Shown here: positions 53,239-64,000 of the stretch, one piece after another | How the letters are laid out: each line of letters begins with the position of its first letter | Numbering within the stretch: position 1 is the first letter of the stretch | Source: Octopus sinensis | Taxonomy: Eukaryota | NCBI RefSeq assembly: GCF_006345805.1 | Contig: NC_043004.1 | Coordinates: forward strand, 101,122,001 to 101,186,000 | DNA: 64,000 nucleotides | Direction: 5' to 3' | The notes under the pieces: generated by a model | Told to the model about the DNA's origin: nothing | Seen by the model: the letters and a program-made list of their open reading frames with translations, nothing else | Database searches by the model: none | Position numbers and translations under genes: made by a program

Positions 53239-54482
53239 TGAATAACCCTGTGACGGACTAGTGCCCCATTCAAGAGCAATGATGTGACCTCTGTCACTTA
53301 CACACATAGAACAAGAGCTCAACATAGTAAAAGTTGGTCTGTTCCTTAAGGATTGATCAAGTGCTAAATGATAATAACTTCACAGGCTGAAGCTAGAGAG
53401 TAGCCAAGTACATGGTTTTTCAGTATGCTAGAAATAGAAACCAAATTTCCTTCAAAATACACTCTTCATCTTAAAAAAGGAGGAGAAGACACATTATGTT
53501 ATGTACGTTTTTTGGTATATCTAAAATGATGGAATGTTTTTGATCTTAGTTCAGGGTATGACCTGGGGTTTAACAACAACAACAGCAACACCAATCACAA
53601 CTGCAACAACTACATTCACCTACCCCACTATCACCACCACCACCACCACCACCACCACCACCACTTATTCACACGCACATTATACTGCCATCCACTAGTG
53701 CTACTACACTAAGAGATAGTACTCTCTGCACCACCTCACCATGCACCAACAAAAGTGCAATCTCACAAATATCACCACTTGCACAGCTTTGGTTACAGAC
53801 TTCATTACGAGATCATATTGTAACAAACGCCATCTCTTGCCTTAGAAGCATCACATCTGAAGCCACAGACTCCACTACCATTTCCACAAACTCAGCCACC
53901 CCATTCCCACCCAACTACCCTCACAAACTGACATTTCCAGAGAAAGTTATCATGAATATTTCGTTTTTGTATTTATTTTGCAAAATTATCATGAATAGAA
54001 AAAGTGGTAATTTTAAGCAATTTAACAGTTTTTTCTAATGTTTGTGTAGAGCATCGTGTGTGTATATATAGTACTTATCTCTTTGTATATTATGGATATG
54101 TATGTATATGCATGCATGTATGTATGTATGTATGCAAATATATATATATATATATATACATACAAACATACATACATACATACATGCATGTATATATATA
54201 TATATCTACATGCATATACATATATATATTTACATATACATATACACAGACATACATACATATGTATATAGGTATGTATGTATGTATGTATGTAATTAGA
54301 TAAAACAGAATCCAATGAGACTAGTGGTGGTCTGATTTGGTAAAAGATGTATTTACTGGAAAAGTAACAGAAGAATTTCAATGTTGCCACGAGGAATGAA
54401 TTTCCAACATTTGGAATTTAGGACAGAGTCCCTCTTTGAGATTGGGATGACAGGGAAAGAAACTCTAAATGACAAGAGTATT

Positions 54483-54484
<2 letters not shown>

Positions 54485-54517
<33 letters not shown>

Positions 54518-54745
54518 CCTCTTAACTGATGCAGCCAGTCATTGGGGTATCACTCTAGAAGCTTTCATTATCATCTATTGCCACTAGTCTCTGTTCTCTG
54601 TCTTGCATAGCAGGCTTGCTGTGTTGTGATCTGTCCGGTCCTTGATGTTGTCAAACTAAGATTTTCTGTCTGCCCCTTTTTTGCCCTCCCTCAACTATGC
54701 CCTGAAGAACGGTTTTGGATAGGGAGTTGTAATGGGATACATGAT
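54485..54745 (-). pseudogene. RTE-clade LINE 3' remnant
   Basis: rc: HVSHYNSLSKTVLQGIVEGGQKRGRQK; (GAT)n tail. Confidence 0.75.
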
Positions 54746-55254
54746 AGAGAATGCAAAACAACATGAGAATGAATGCATTGATAGGAAGTAATGAGAGAGA
54801 GAGAGAAAATGAAAAGGAGAGGAGAGCTAAAGGATGAAGCAGGGATTAGAAGGAGTAGAAGGGAAAACATTCATTTAAGCCCATTAGTGCCATGACTTCC
54901 AAGTTGAATTGGACATGTTGTTCCTTCTGTTTCCTTGAGTTTGCAGATCCTTGGTGGACAGAGGTTCCTGCTACGGATAAATGAGTAATGAAGTGTTCCG
55001 GAGTGTGGAAGTTGTTCCATCCAAATAAAAACTGGAGACAGTTCTGGAAGTTACTTCAAGTTAAATCTCTTACATTGTGAATGGGGTTGGATAAATGGAC
55101 CCTATCTGTATCACATTTAAAGCATAGGACAGGGCGAAAGTGTAAGCCCAAACAGTATGCAAAACACCTGCCCATAAATTGGTCTGATAGTATTTGTTTG
55201 TAAAGGAGAAACTCAAGGGTCACCGTCAGGACATTGGTAACTATATCCATTTCT

Positions 55255-55576
55255 GGTTAGGTGGCACGTAAAAAGCACCATCCGAATCGTGGCCGAAGCC
55301 AGTGCCGCCTCGACTGGCTTCCGTGCTGGTGGCACGTAAAATGCACCAATCCGACCATGGCCGTTGCCAGCCTCGCCTGGCACCTGTGCAGGTGGCACGT
55401 AAAAAGCACCCACTACACTCACGGAGTGGTTGGCGTTAGGAAGGGCATCCAGCTGTAGAAACGCTGCCATATCACACTGGAGCATGGTGCAGCCTCCTGG
55501 CTTCCCAGATCCCCGGTCGAACCGTCCAACCCATGCTAGCATGGAGAACGGACGTTAAACGATGATAATGATGATG
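55255..55576 (+). mobile_element. Family E retroelement
   Basis: Homology to 6198-6720. Confidence 0.88.
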
Positions 55577-56044
55577 TTACCTTCGTGGTATGATATAGAC
55601 AGGTGGTCAATGCCAATTTAATATTTAGCGATATGCAGTCGGGTGGAATCACCATGAATTACAAATCTTGATGACACCACAGTATGCAGAACTGTATTCT
55701 GTGGTGGGTACTGATTGTAGCGTAGACAGGACGTGAAACGAGGGGTGGGTCCACGCCGGGCGATATTTTTATGGAAGCAGTACTTTTGGATCTACTGAAT
55801 CAGTCAAGCTTGTGTAGGCGTGGTGACCTGGTAGGGTGGCATCCTCAAAGGTTGCCCCTGGTAGCACACACTTTAGCTACGCCATTGGGTGCGGAAGAGA
55901 AGACCTTAGAACTCAGTGTCCAAAGTAGACGGCCTAACTGAGGAAGCAAAATTCATTTTAGAGCTTTCTGAAGAGAAATCCTAAAAGAAAAAGAAAAAAA
56001 AAGCCATAACAAGAATGATGGAGGTTATCGGCCGTAACACAACA

Positions 56045-56372
56045 TGGAACCTACACTCGCCTCTTTATGAGAGCTTAAAATCTCTCGTGGAAGCGCCATC
56101 CAACCAAAATGCAAATATATGGGAAACTACCACCTGTGTCATCTCTTGTAAAAGGTAGGAGAGTCCAGTTTGCTGGACATTGTTGTAGAGCTGAAAAAGA
56201 GGTAATTTCTCCTCTTCTCCTCTGGAAGCCATCTACTCGCAATACCAGAGGGCGCACACTCTCCTACCCTGATGTAATCTCCAGGGATACAGGCATCCAG
56301 CAACAGGACCTCCGTAATGCCATGATGGACCGTGAAGTCTGGCGTAGCACGGTAAATGATGATGATGATGAT
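56045..56372 (+). pseudogene. 5'-truncated RTE-type LINE, ORF C-terminus with (GAT)n tail
   Basis: LSWKRHPTKMQIYGKLPPVSSLVKGRRVQFAGHCCRAEKEVISPLLLWKP...DLRNAMMDREVWR (RxxFAGHxxR and DRxxWR motifs). Confidence 0.88.
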
Positions 56373-57591
56373 CAATTTGTGAGTCAGCAAATAATATTGC
56401 TTCGTCCTCATAATTAGGAATGAAACATTAAACAATAAACTCCATCTTCCAGCCGGAACCAACAAAGACAATGAGGGTCACCAAAAGCAACGACAACAAC
56501 AAAAAGGATGACATCAATAACAACAGCAACAACAATAACACCTAATGCTAAATTACCAGGAAGTACCTTTTCCTAGAAGCACATCCCTATATACTTATGA
56601 GGATGGGGACCAGACAGAAGCTGAATGATAGAAGAGGACAACTTCGTGGAGAAAAAAAAAAGAGAAAAAACGAAAAGGGAGTCGATGAAAAGTCTTTTAA
56701 AAAGCTATAAAAATGCGATATAGGGCACACCCTTAGTGAAGAGGGGTCACTCTTTGCTGAAGAAGAATTCATATCTTATAAAGGAGGAAAGCCAACGTTC
56801 TGTCATGAAGAACCAGCTTCCTACCTGAAGGAGCTATTCGCAAAAAGAACAATGCTCAAATATTCACAAATTTCCTGACGAAGTATACAAATCAAGAAGG
56901 AAATACAATCACATTTTAAACGGCGTTTAAGGGACAGAATAGTTGAAAAAAAATTGGGGATATACCTTACGAAGTATTGCCGTACTTGATGGAATATAAG
57001 AGGTATTAGTTGTTAAAAAAAAAAAACGTCACCCGAGGGAGACACCTAAACCAGATATTCAGTGTCCCATCTACCATCGATGCCACCCGCGAGGGATCGA
57101 TGCTAGATGAGTAGAAACAATTGTGATCAATAAGGATTCTTGTATCTTCTATCTTCTGCCTCTCTCATTAATCAAATACACACACACACACACAACACAC
57201 ACACACACACATGACTTCAGTATACTTATAACGCACAGCCTTATTAAGTTCTGGCAATGAGGTCATGAGGATCTACTGTCTTCCGTTCTGGACTCTTATA
57301 CGAACCAAGAGATAAGCACAGGGTGTAATATTAATTAATAAATACACAACAGAAGAACTGGAATTGCGTAATCACCTCGTTAGCTTACAGCTGCGTTCGC
57401 TATAAATTGTTCTGCATCCATATAGCCAAAACAGCTGTAAGCTAATGAAGGTGATTATGGAATTCCTGTTCAGTAATTAATCAATTAGTATGTATGTAGT
57501 GACTTCATTTAGGCATAGAGTAGATTTGAACTTGAATCGGCAAGTTTCCCTTAGCATTTCAGCAGCGTTTTTCTCACAGAAAAGGAGGAAA

Positions 57592-57769
57592 AGGAGTGGC
57601 TGTGTGGTAAGTAGCTTGCTTACCAACCACATGGTTCCGCGTTCAGTCCCACTGCGTGGCACCTTGGGCAAGTGTCTTCTACTATAGCCTACTAAAGCCT
57701 TGGGAATGGATTCGGTAGACGAAAACTGAAAGAAGCCCATCGTATATAATATGTGTGCGCGCTTGTATT

Positions 57770-57841
<72 letters not shown>

Positions 57842-58032
57842 TGTGTTTGTTCCCCAACATCGCTTGACAACCGATGCTTGTGTGTCTACGTCCCCGTAAC
57901 TTAGAGGTTCGCCAAAAGAGACCGATAGAATAAGTACTAGACTTACAAAGCATAAGTCCTGGGGTCGATTTGCTCGACTAAAGGCGGTGCTCCAGTATGG
58001 CCACAGTCAAATGACTGAAACAAGTAAAAGAG
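57592..58032 (+). mobile_element. SINE family A with internal (TG)n
   Basis: Homology to 7365-7757. Confidence 0.92.
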
Positions 58033-58125
58033 TAGAGAGAGAGAGAGAGAGTTGACAGGAGTTCTATTCAACACATGACCTTGCCAAGCCAATTTATGTA
58101 CTTTCCGTTTAACTCTTGACTTCTG

Positions 58126-58457
58126 TACGGAGATGTACTTGCATAGCGAGTGATTTGATCTGAGATCGTGTGCTGGAACGAAAACAATTGCAGCGTGGAA
58201 GGTGTTTATAAGCCATTTAAGAAACACACAAAAGCCGTTCGATTCACTTCAACATTTAACTTTAATTTGTCAAAATATTTTCGTCGCTTAAGACCGCGAC
58301 CTGTTCACTGATGCAGCACGGATTTTTGTCAGTGAACAGGTCGCGGATTTTAGCAACGAAAATATTTTGACAAATTATACTTAAATGTTGAAGTGAATCG
58401 AACGGCTTTTGTGTGTTTCTTAAATGGCTTACAAACACCTTCCACGCTGCAATTGTT
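58126..58457. mobile_element. Palindromic Penelope-type element with G3-C8 hammerhead motifs on both strands
   Basis: 11-bp TSD tcttgacttct (58114-58124 / 58459-58469); HHR at 58325-58374 (+) and 58266-58311 (-). Confidence 0.78.
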
Positions 58458-59269
58458 GTCTTGACTTCTTCTATGCCATCAAAAGTTGAAGCGACCTACA
58501 TCGAGCTGCCCATTGTCCTCGGCTATATACTTCTCTTTCTAGATAGTCTGCATAATTATAAATACTAAAATTCCGTAAGAAAAAGTTAGCGAGAACCTTA
58601 CAAACAGGGGAGTTGGCTGAACGAAACGTCGTCTCTGAACGAAACGTCACGGAGGGACACACTATGGTAACTCGCCAACAAAACAATTGTCTCGTCCCAC
58701 CACACTCACTTTCTCACCTGCTCATTTCTTTTCTCTACAACATCACTCTGTCTCTCTTTCTCTTTCCTACTGATACAATGTCAAGAACATTATACACACT
58801 TATACAAGGAAAAATTAACTCTCTTTACCTCGCATGCTTTCCGACTTAATATCAGACATACCTGCCCGTCGAGGCATGGCTTTACATAAAGTAACGGTAA
58901 ATAAATTTGGAGTCGACATCAACTTCTTTCACATCTGCAACATCAACACCCGTTACATTTTGATAACAACCCGAAACGAATTACTGCATCTAGCGTTACA
59001 ATTGATGCTCTCTGGCGTCTAACTCCGTTACAAATGGTAACCCTTCCGACTATAACATTTATCGTTACATATGTGTGTGTGTGTGTGTGTGTGTTTTGAG
59101 AGAGACAGACAGAGATTAATTAGTTAATGAGTGTGTGCATACGTGTGTGTGTGTGTGTGCCGCGGGAGGTATTTGAGAAGACATTTGGTAATTAGATAAA
59201 GCAATTCTTATCTAAATAAAAATCAAATGAATTTTAATAAATTTTCATGCATGTTTTCTCGATAAGCTT

Positions 59270-59900
59270 TCTGATTATTCTACGAATTCGTCTTCAATTT
59301 CGATGACTGCTCCCATGCGGGACCGGAATGGTTTCCATGCCTGCTCTAAATTTCAGACATCATATGGACAATAGTGGCCCTCAATAAAGCTATGGTATTA
59401 TTAGAATGCTACCGATTAATCTCCCTTCTAACAATCATCCAACAGTACGTGTTCATGAGATTCAAATCTGATAAGTTTTGAGGCTACAATTTGGTGTTAC
59501 TTGATCGTAAAAATTGTCTGACATCCATTCTTGGGTTACGTAGGTTTTTGAAATGATACTGGGTCATTTTTGAAACACGCATGACCTTTCACAGTGTACT
59601 TTATTCCTCCCTGGTTTAACAACTATCATTAGAGCCTCAACGCATCTAACATCAATTCTAAACTCCTCTGGAAAGACATGAAATGGCATGAAATGACCTT
59701 CGTTACTCACCACTTCTAAAACCAACACATTTGCTGGAAACTTAGTTCGCGTCACTCTGGGCAAGCCAGAAAAATATGCATATAACCGATGTTTTTCTTA
59801 TCAGAGAAGGACCAAAGTACGTCATGTTCGTGAGAATCTTTAAACTTAAGCACTTTGCCTGGCTATTTACGGAAAGTTTTCTTCAGCAATTTTCAATCGT
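59270..59900 (-). pseudogene. Decayed DD37D(maT)-like transposase
   Basis: TKFPANVLVLEVVSNEGHFMP...VVKP...FQK; TQEWMSDNFYDQVTPN; SDLNLMNTYCWMIVRREIN; stops and frameshifts. Confidence 0.85.
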
Positions 59901-60367
59901 TGATAAAGACTAATCTCATATAATCAAAGAATTAACGGAGACATTTCTTACATGATGACGAGATCACCGAGACAGCGTGGAATCTAGGCATGGGAGGCAA
60001 CCATGGAAATCGATACAGGGCTGGAGTGAGGGTTATAATGGGGATGAGGGGATCCGAGTGATGGTACAGTAAAAGTAGGATCCCATGACATATGGTGGTG
60101 GCAGAGTAGGTAATGGAAGGATTAACGGAAAATTTTGTCTCCCGCGGAAGGATGAACGGTGAATCTGCTTGACACGGATAAAATTGGTTGCCATGTGTCT
60201 CCAAGCAGTCATCAGGCTCTGAGCACACGACCTATACAATGTACAAATAAGTTTGCTAGAACAAGAGAAATCACGATTTGCCTATATATATAGTCAAATA
60301 AGATTTTTAAAAAAACAGGAAAAAAACAACAAAATTAGACGTTCACAGTGGATATATTAGACTGATG

Positions 60368-60748
60368 TGGAGGCGCAATGGCCCAGTGGTTAGGGCAGCG
60401 GACTCGCGGTCGTAGGATCGCGGTTTCGATTCCCAGACCGGGCATTGTGAGTGTTTATTGAGCGAAAACACCTAAAGCTTCACGAGGCTCCTGCAGGGGG
60501 TGGTGGTGAACCATGCTGTACTCTTTCACCACAACTTTCTCTCACTCTTTCTTCCTGCTTCTGTTGTACCTGTATTTCAAAGGGCCAGCCTTGTCACACT
60601 CTGTGTCACGCTGAATCTCCTCGAGAACTACGTTAAGGGTACACGTGTCTGTGGAGTGCTCAGCCACTTACACGTTAATTTCACGAGCAGGCTGTTCCGT
60701 TGATCGTATCAGCTGGGACCCTCATCGTCGTAACTGACGGAGTGCTCC
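60368..60748 (+). mobile_element. SINE family C, full length
   Basis: tRNA head; TSD atatattagac. Confidence 0.93.
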
Positions 60749-61671
60749 TATATATTAGACAAGTTTTAGATGGGAAGTACAAGATTTAGATGGGAAAATA
60801 GGAGTGGCAATAACGTTTCAGAAAAGGGAAAAAGTTCAGAGATGGAGAGATAGTCCGGAGAAAAGCACTGTGTGTCGTTTCATGGCCGAAAAATAACTAA
60901 GTTGGAGAGTGTAAAAACGGCTAAAATAGTTTCGGACTTCGGGAATTTTCAAATTTTTTTTTCTTTTTTTCGTGAAAATATGCCTCCCATCATTCTGAGG
61001 ACTTTGGTGAAGAATATTGGGAAAAAAATCCCCGTCAAAACGGAGAAATTCCAACTCTGATCCGAAATTCCGTTTTCTAGAATGCCCCGCCGCCTTCCAA
61101 AAATTTTGCCAATAAATTTCTTTGTAATCGTCATCTATTACCGTTTGAAAGATATTTGTATAGATTTTCATTAAAAAATACATATTTTCCAAAACGTTAT
61201 GAGGGGGTAAACGTCGGGTCCTGTGAACTTTCCGAAATTCCTCTGCATGTGTGTGTGTGTGTATGTGTGTATGAATCTTTGCGAGTGTGTTGGGAAGTGC
61301 ATATATGTTTTTTCGTGTGTGTGTATGTGTGCGTGTGTGTGTGTGTGTTTATTAGAGAGTGCTGCGTGAGATGGTAGTATATGTATACGTTTGTGTAAGT
61401 GTTAATGGAGTGTGAGAGAGTGAATATAATACGTTAGTAGCAACTGGTACGTAATTAATCAAGTTTTGGCTGCTATTTCCAGCGTGGTGGTATCTCTTAG
61501 ATACCCTAAATTATAATTTTAATAATAATTATTACCTTTGAAGGTTTTTATTCCCATGCTGGTCACCTGATAAGATCGGTATTAAAATATCGACCATGTC
61601 CTCATTTATATAAATTTATATATATATATATAACAATTAAGGATAACTTCTTAATAAGGAATCTTAACAAG

Positions 61672-61699
<28 letters not shown>

Positions 61700-61709
<10 letters not shown>

Positions 61710-62224
61710 TCTAGTTGTGTGAGTGTCTGTCCCCTTCGATTTAGATTCCTAACTCCTCCCACATTTTGCGGTGCAGTTTAACCAAATTCGGGTATCTTAT
61801 AGTCGTGATTCATATCGAGCCCGTCTGACTATTAGCGCGCGTCAACGATGAGTCTACGATTTTAAAAATAATTTAACATCATTTTTTATTCCATTTTAAT
61901 GCATAAAATGCATCGTGTGTCGATAGCGGCGGAGTTGCCGTCCACGCTCACAGCTGCACCTGTTTGCTTCTCCCCCTTCCCTCCCTCGTGAAGCTGTGGG
62001 GAAGGGAGTGTAAAGAAATCAACGTCGTAATGCGTTGTTAAGGAAACCAGCGTTCTTTTAGAACAACGACTTCATGGCTTGAAGACACTGAGTCAACGAT
62101 TTAAAAAAAAATTATCATCATTTTTTTATTCCATTTTTAATGCATTTTTTTGCTATAACTCTCTAAAAATGCTTATATAGTTATTTCCCTTACAAACCCG
62201 AGCAACGCCGGGCAATACTGCTAG
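61700..62224 (+). mobile_element. Non-autonomous Helitron
   Basis: Ends cccgagcaacgccgggcaatactgCTAG|T; homologous to 18906-19300 with an extra internal segment. Confidence 0.85.
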
Positions 62225-62327
62225 TATATAATATATGTATGTATATATATACACACACGTTCATGGACGTAAACATGCATTTACATGTATAAGTATGTAC
62301 AAATATAAACATATATGTATATGTATG

Positions 62328-62366
<39 letters not shown>

Positions 62367-62367
62367 T

Positions 62368-62419
<52 letters not shown>

Positions 62420-62436
62420 TAGATAGATAGATAGAT

Positions 62437-62493
<57 letters not shown>

Positions 62494-62586
62494 TCCAAAC
62501 AAGAAAGCACAAAAAAACGCAACAACGCGAGGACGTGGAACAAATATAGTATTATTGGACGCTCAGGAAAGAAGGAAAGAAGAAGG

Positions 62587-62621
62587 GTTTAACGTTTCAA
62601 GCGGAGCTCTTCGTCAGAAAC
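62587..62621 (-). ncRNA. Minimal type I hammerhead motif in a Penelope-like fragment (62495-62690)
   Basis: guuu-CUGACGA-a-gagc-ucc-gcuu-GAAA-CG-UU-aaac. Confidence 0.65.
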
Positions 62622-62734
62622 ATAGAAGGAAAGATCCAGAGAAGGGAAGACAGAGGAAAAAAATCGCCAACGGTACACACGAGGTCACATATATATATAT
62701 AGATAGATAATAGATAGATAGATAGATAGATAGT

Positions 62735-62820
<86 letters not shown>

Positions 62821-63569
62821 CATACAGACAGACTGACACATACATATAATGGTAATCTCTCGAGTTCCGAGAAAGACGGTTTTACAATTTCTTGCTGGAA
62901 TAATCTACTCAGATGATTTGTTTGTGGCGATCAAATGTTTGTGCTGAAAGAAAAACTCACTCCCTTCGTTATATCGACATTGCTTGTCTAGGTTCACGGT
63001 TTACCACACATCAGACGTCGAAGTAATCTCAGTGCAACGTAATATGAAGTGTTTCGCTCAAGAACGCAACGAAATTCCCAGTCCTGGATTCGAACTCGCG
63101 GTTTCGCGATCGTGACAGCAGCGCCTTAACCACTAGCGCCACACGTCTTCACTATATATGTATGCACGTACGTATATATGCATGCGTGAGCTTATGTACA
63201 CGCACATGCACACAGAGATTGTAACACACACGCACACAGACACACATCTGTAAAAGATCGATACATTCCCTGATGTCATCAGCGCAAGCGCACACACGCT
63301 CACAGGGCCCATCATCAGCGTCTCAGAAAGGTGTGTTATGAAATATTGATTGAATGGCAAAATAGATGCAAACACACGAACACACATCATATAGATCTGT
63401 CTGTGAGTGTGTGCATATATATATATTTTGTGTAGACATGTATCTGAACACTTCTATGCGCGTGTGTGCGCGCAAGAGAGAGAGAGACAGACAAAGAGAG
63501 ACAGAGAGAAAGATAACCAGTATATATATATATATATATATGTACATATATACATACAATCATACAAAC

Positions 63570-63700
<131 letters not shown>

Positions 63701-63707
63701 ATATTTG

Positions 63708-63751
<44 letters not shown>

Positions 63752-63819
63752 CACTCACACACACCTATATCTTCAGCATTTTCGAAATCAGTCGATGTTT
63801 TTGTGTATGTGTGTGTATG

Positions 63820-63878
<59 letters not shown>

Positions 63879-64000
63879 CAAAAATAAGGGTGAAAAAATT
63901 GGATATTAATTTAATAACATCAATTAACACCAAGTGGTTTAGCGCATAAAAACTGGGATTCAGTAAATATTATATATATATATATATATGGTGTTCGTAT

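Noticed and set aside
56109-56417. 102-aa ORF with protein-like composition
   Set aside because: C-terminus of a truncated RTE-type LINE ORF, not a host gene
60368-60442. tRNA-like sequences here and at 6989-7060 and other SINE heads
   Set aside because: They lack proper acceptor stems and continue into repeat bodies; these are SINE heads, not tRNA genes

Overview
AT-rich, repeat-saturated eukaryotic DNA. It is most likely octopod cephalopod, inferred from the tRNA-derived SINE families and very dense (TA)n/(TATC)n/(TATG)n microsatellites. No protein-coding exon can be supported with confidence: nearly all ORF-track hits are microsatellite or SINE translations, so this is probably a large intron or intergenic DNA. 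Contents are at least five SINE families (about 45 copies, with swapped heads and tails), decayed RTE, CR1, R4, mariner and DD37D elements, hAT-, piggyBac- and Merlin-like MITEs, non-autonomous Helitrons, a solo LTR, and an old ~1.2-kb foldback broken by nested insertions. The most notable signal is a set of small non-coding Penelope-type elements carrying minimal hammerhead ribozyme motifs. These include a G3-C8 core variant in palindromic TSD-flanked elements, and one element that joins a tRNA-derived Pol III head to a hammerhead-bearing tail. One SINE is flanked by a 148-bp direct duplication. Family labels A-E are my own, family assignments are by eye, and most boundaries are approximate.
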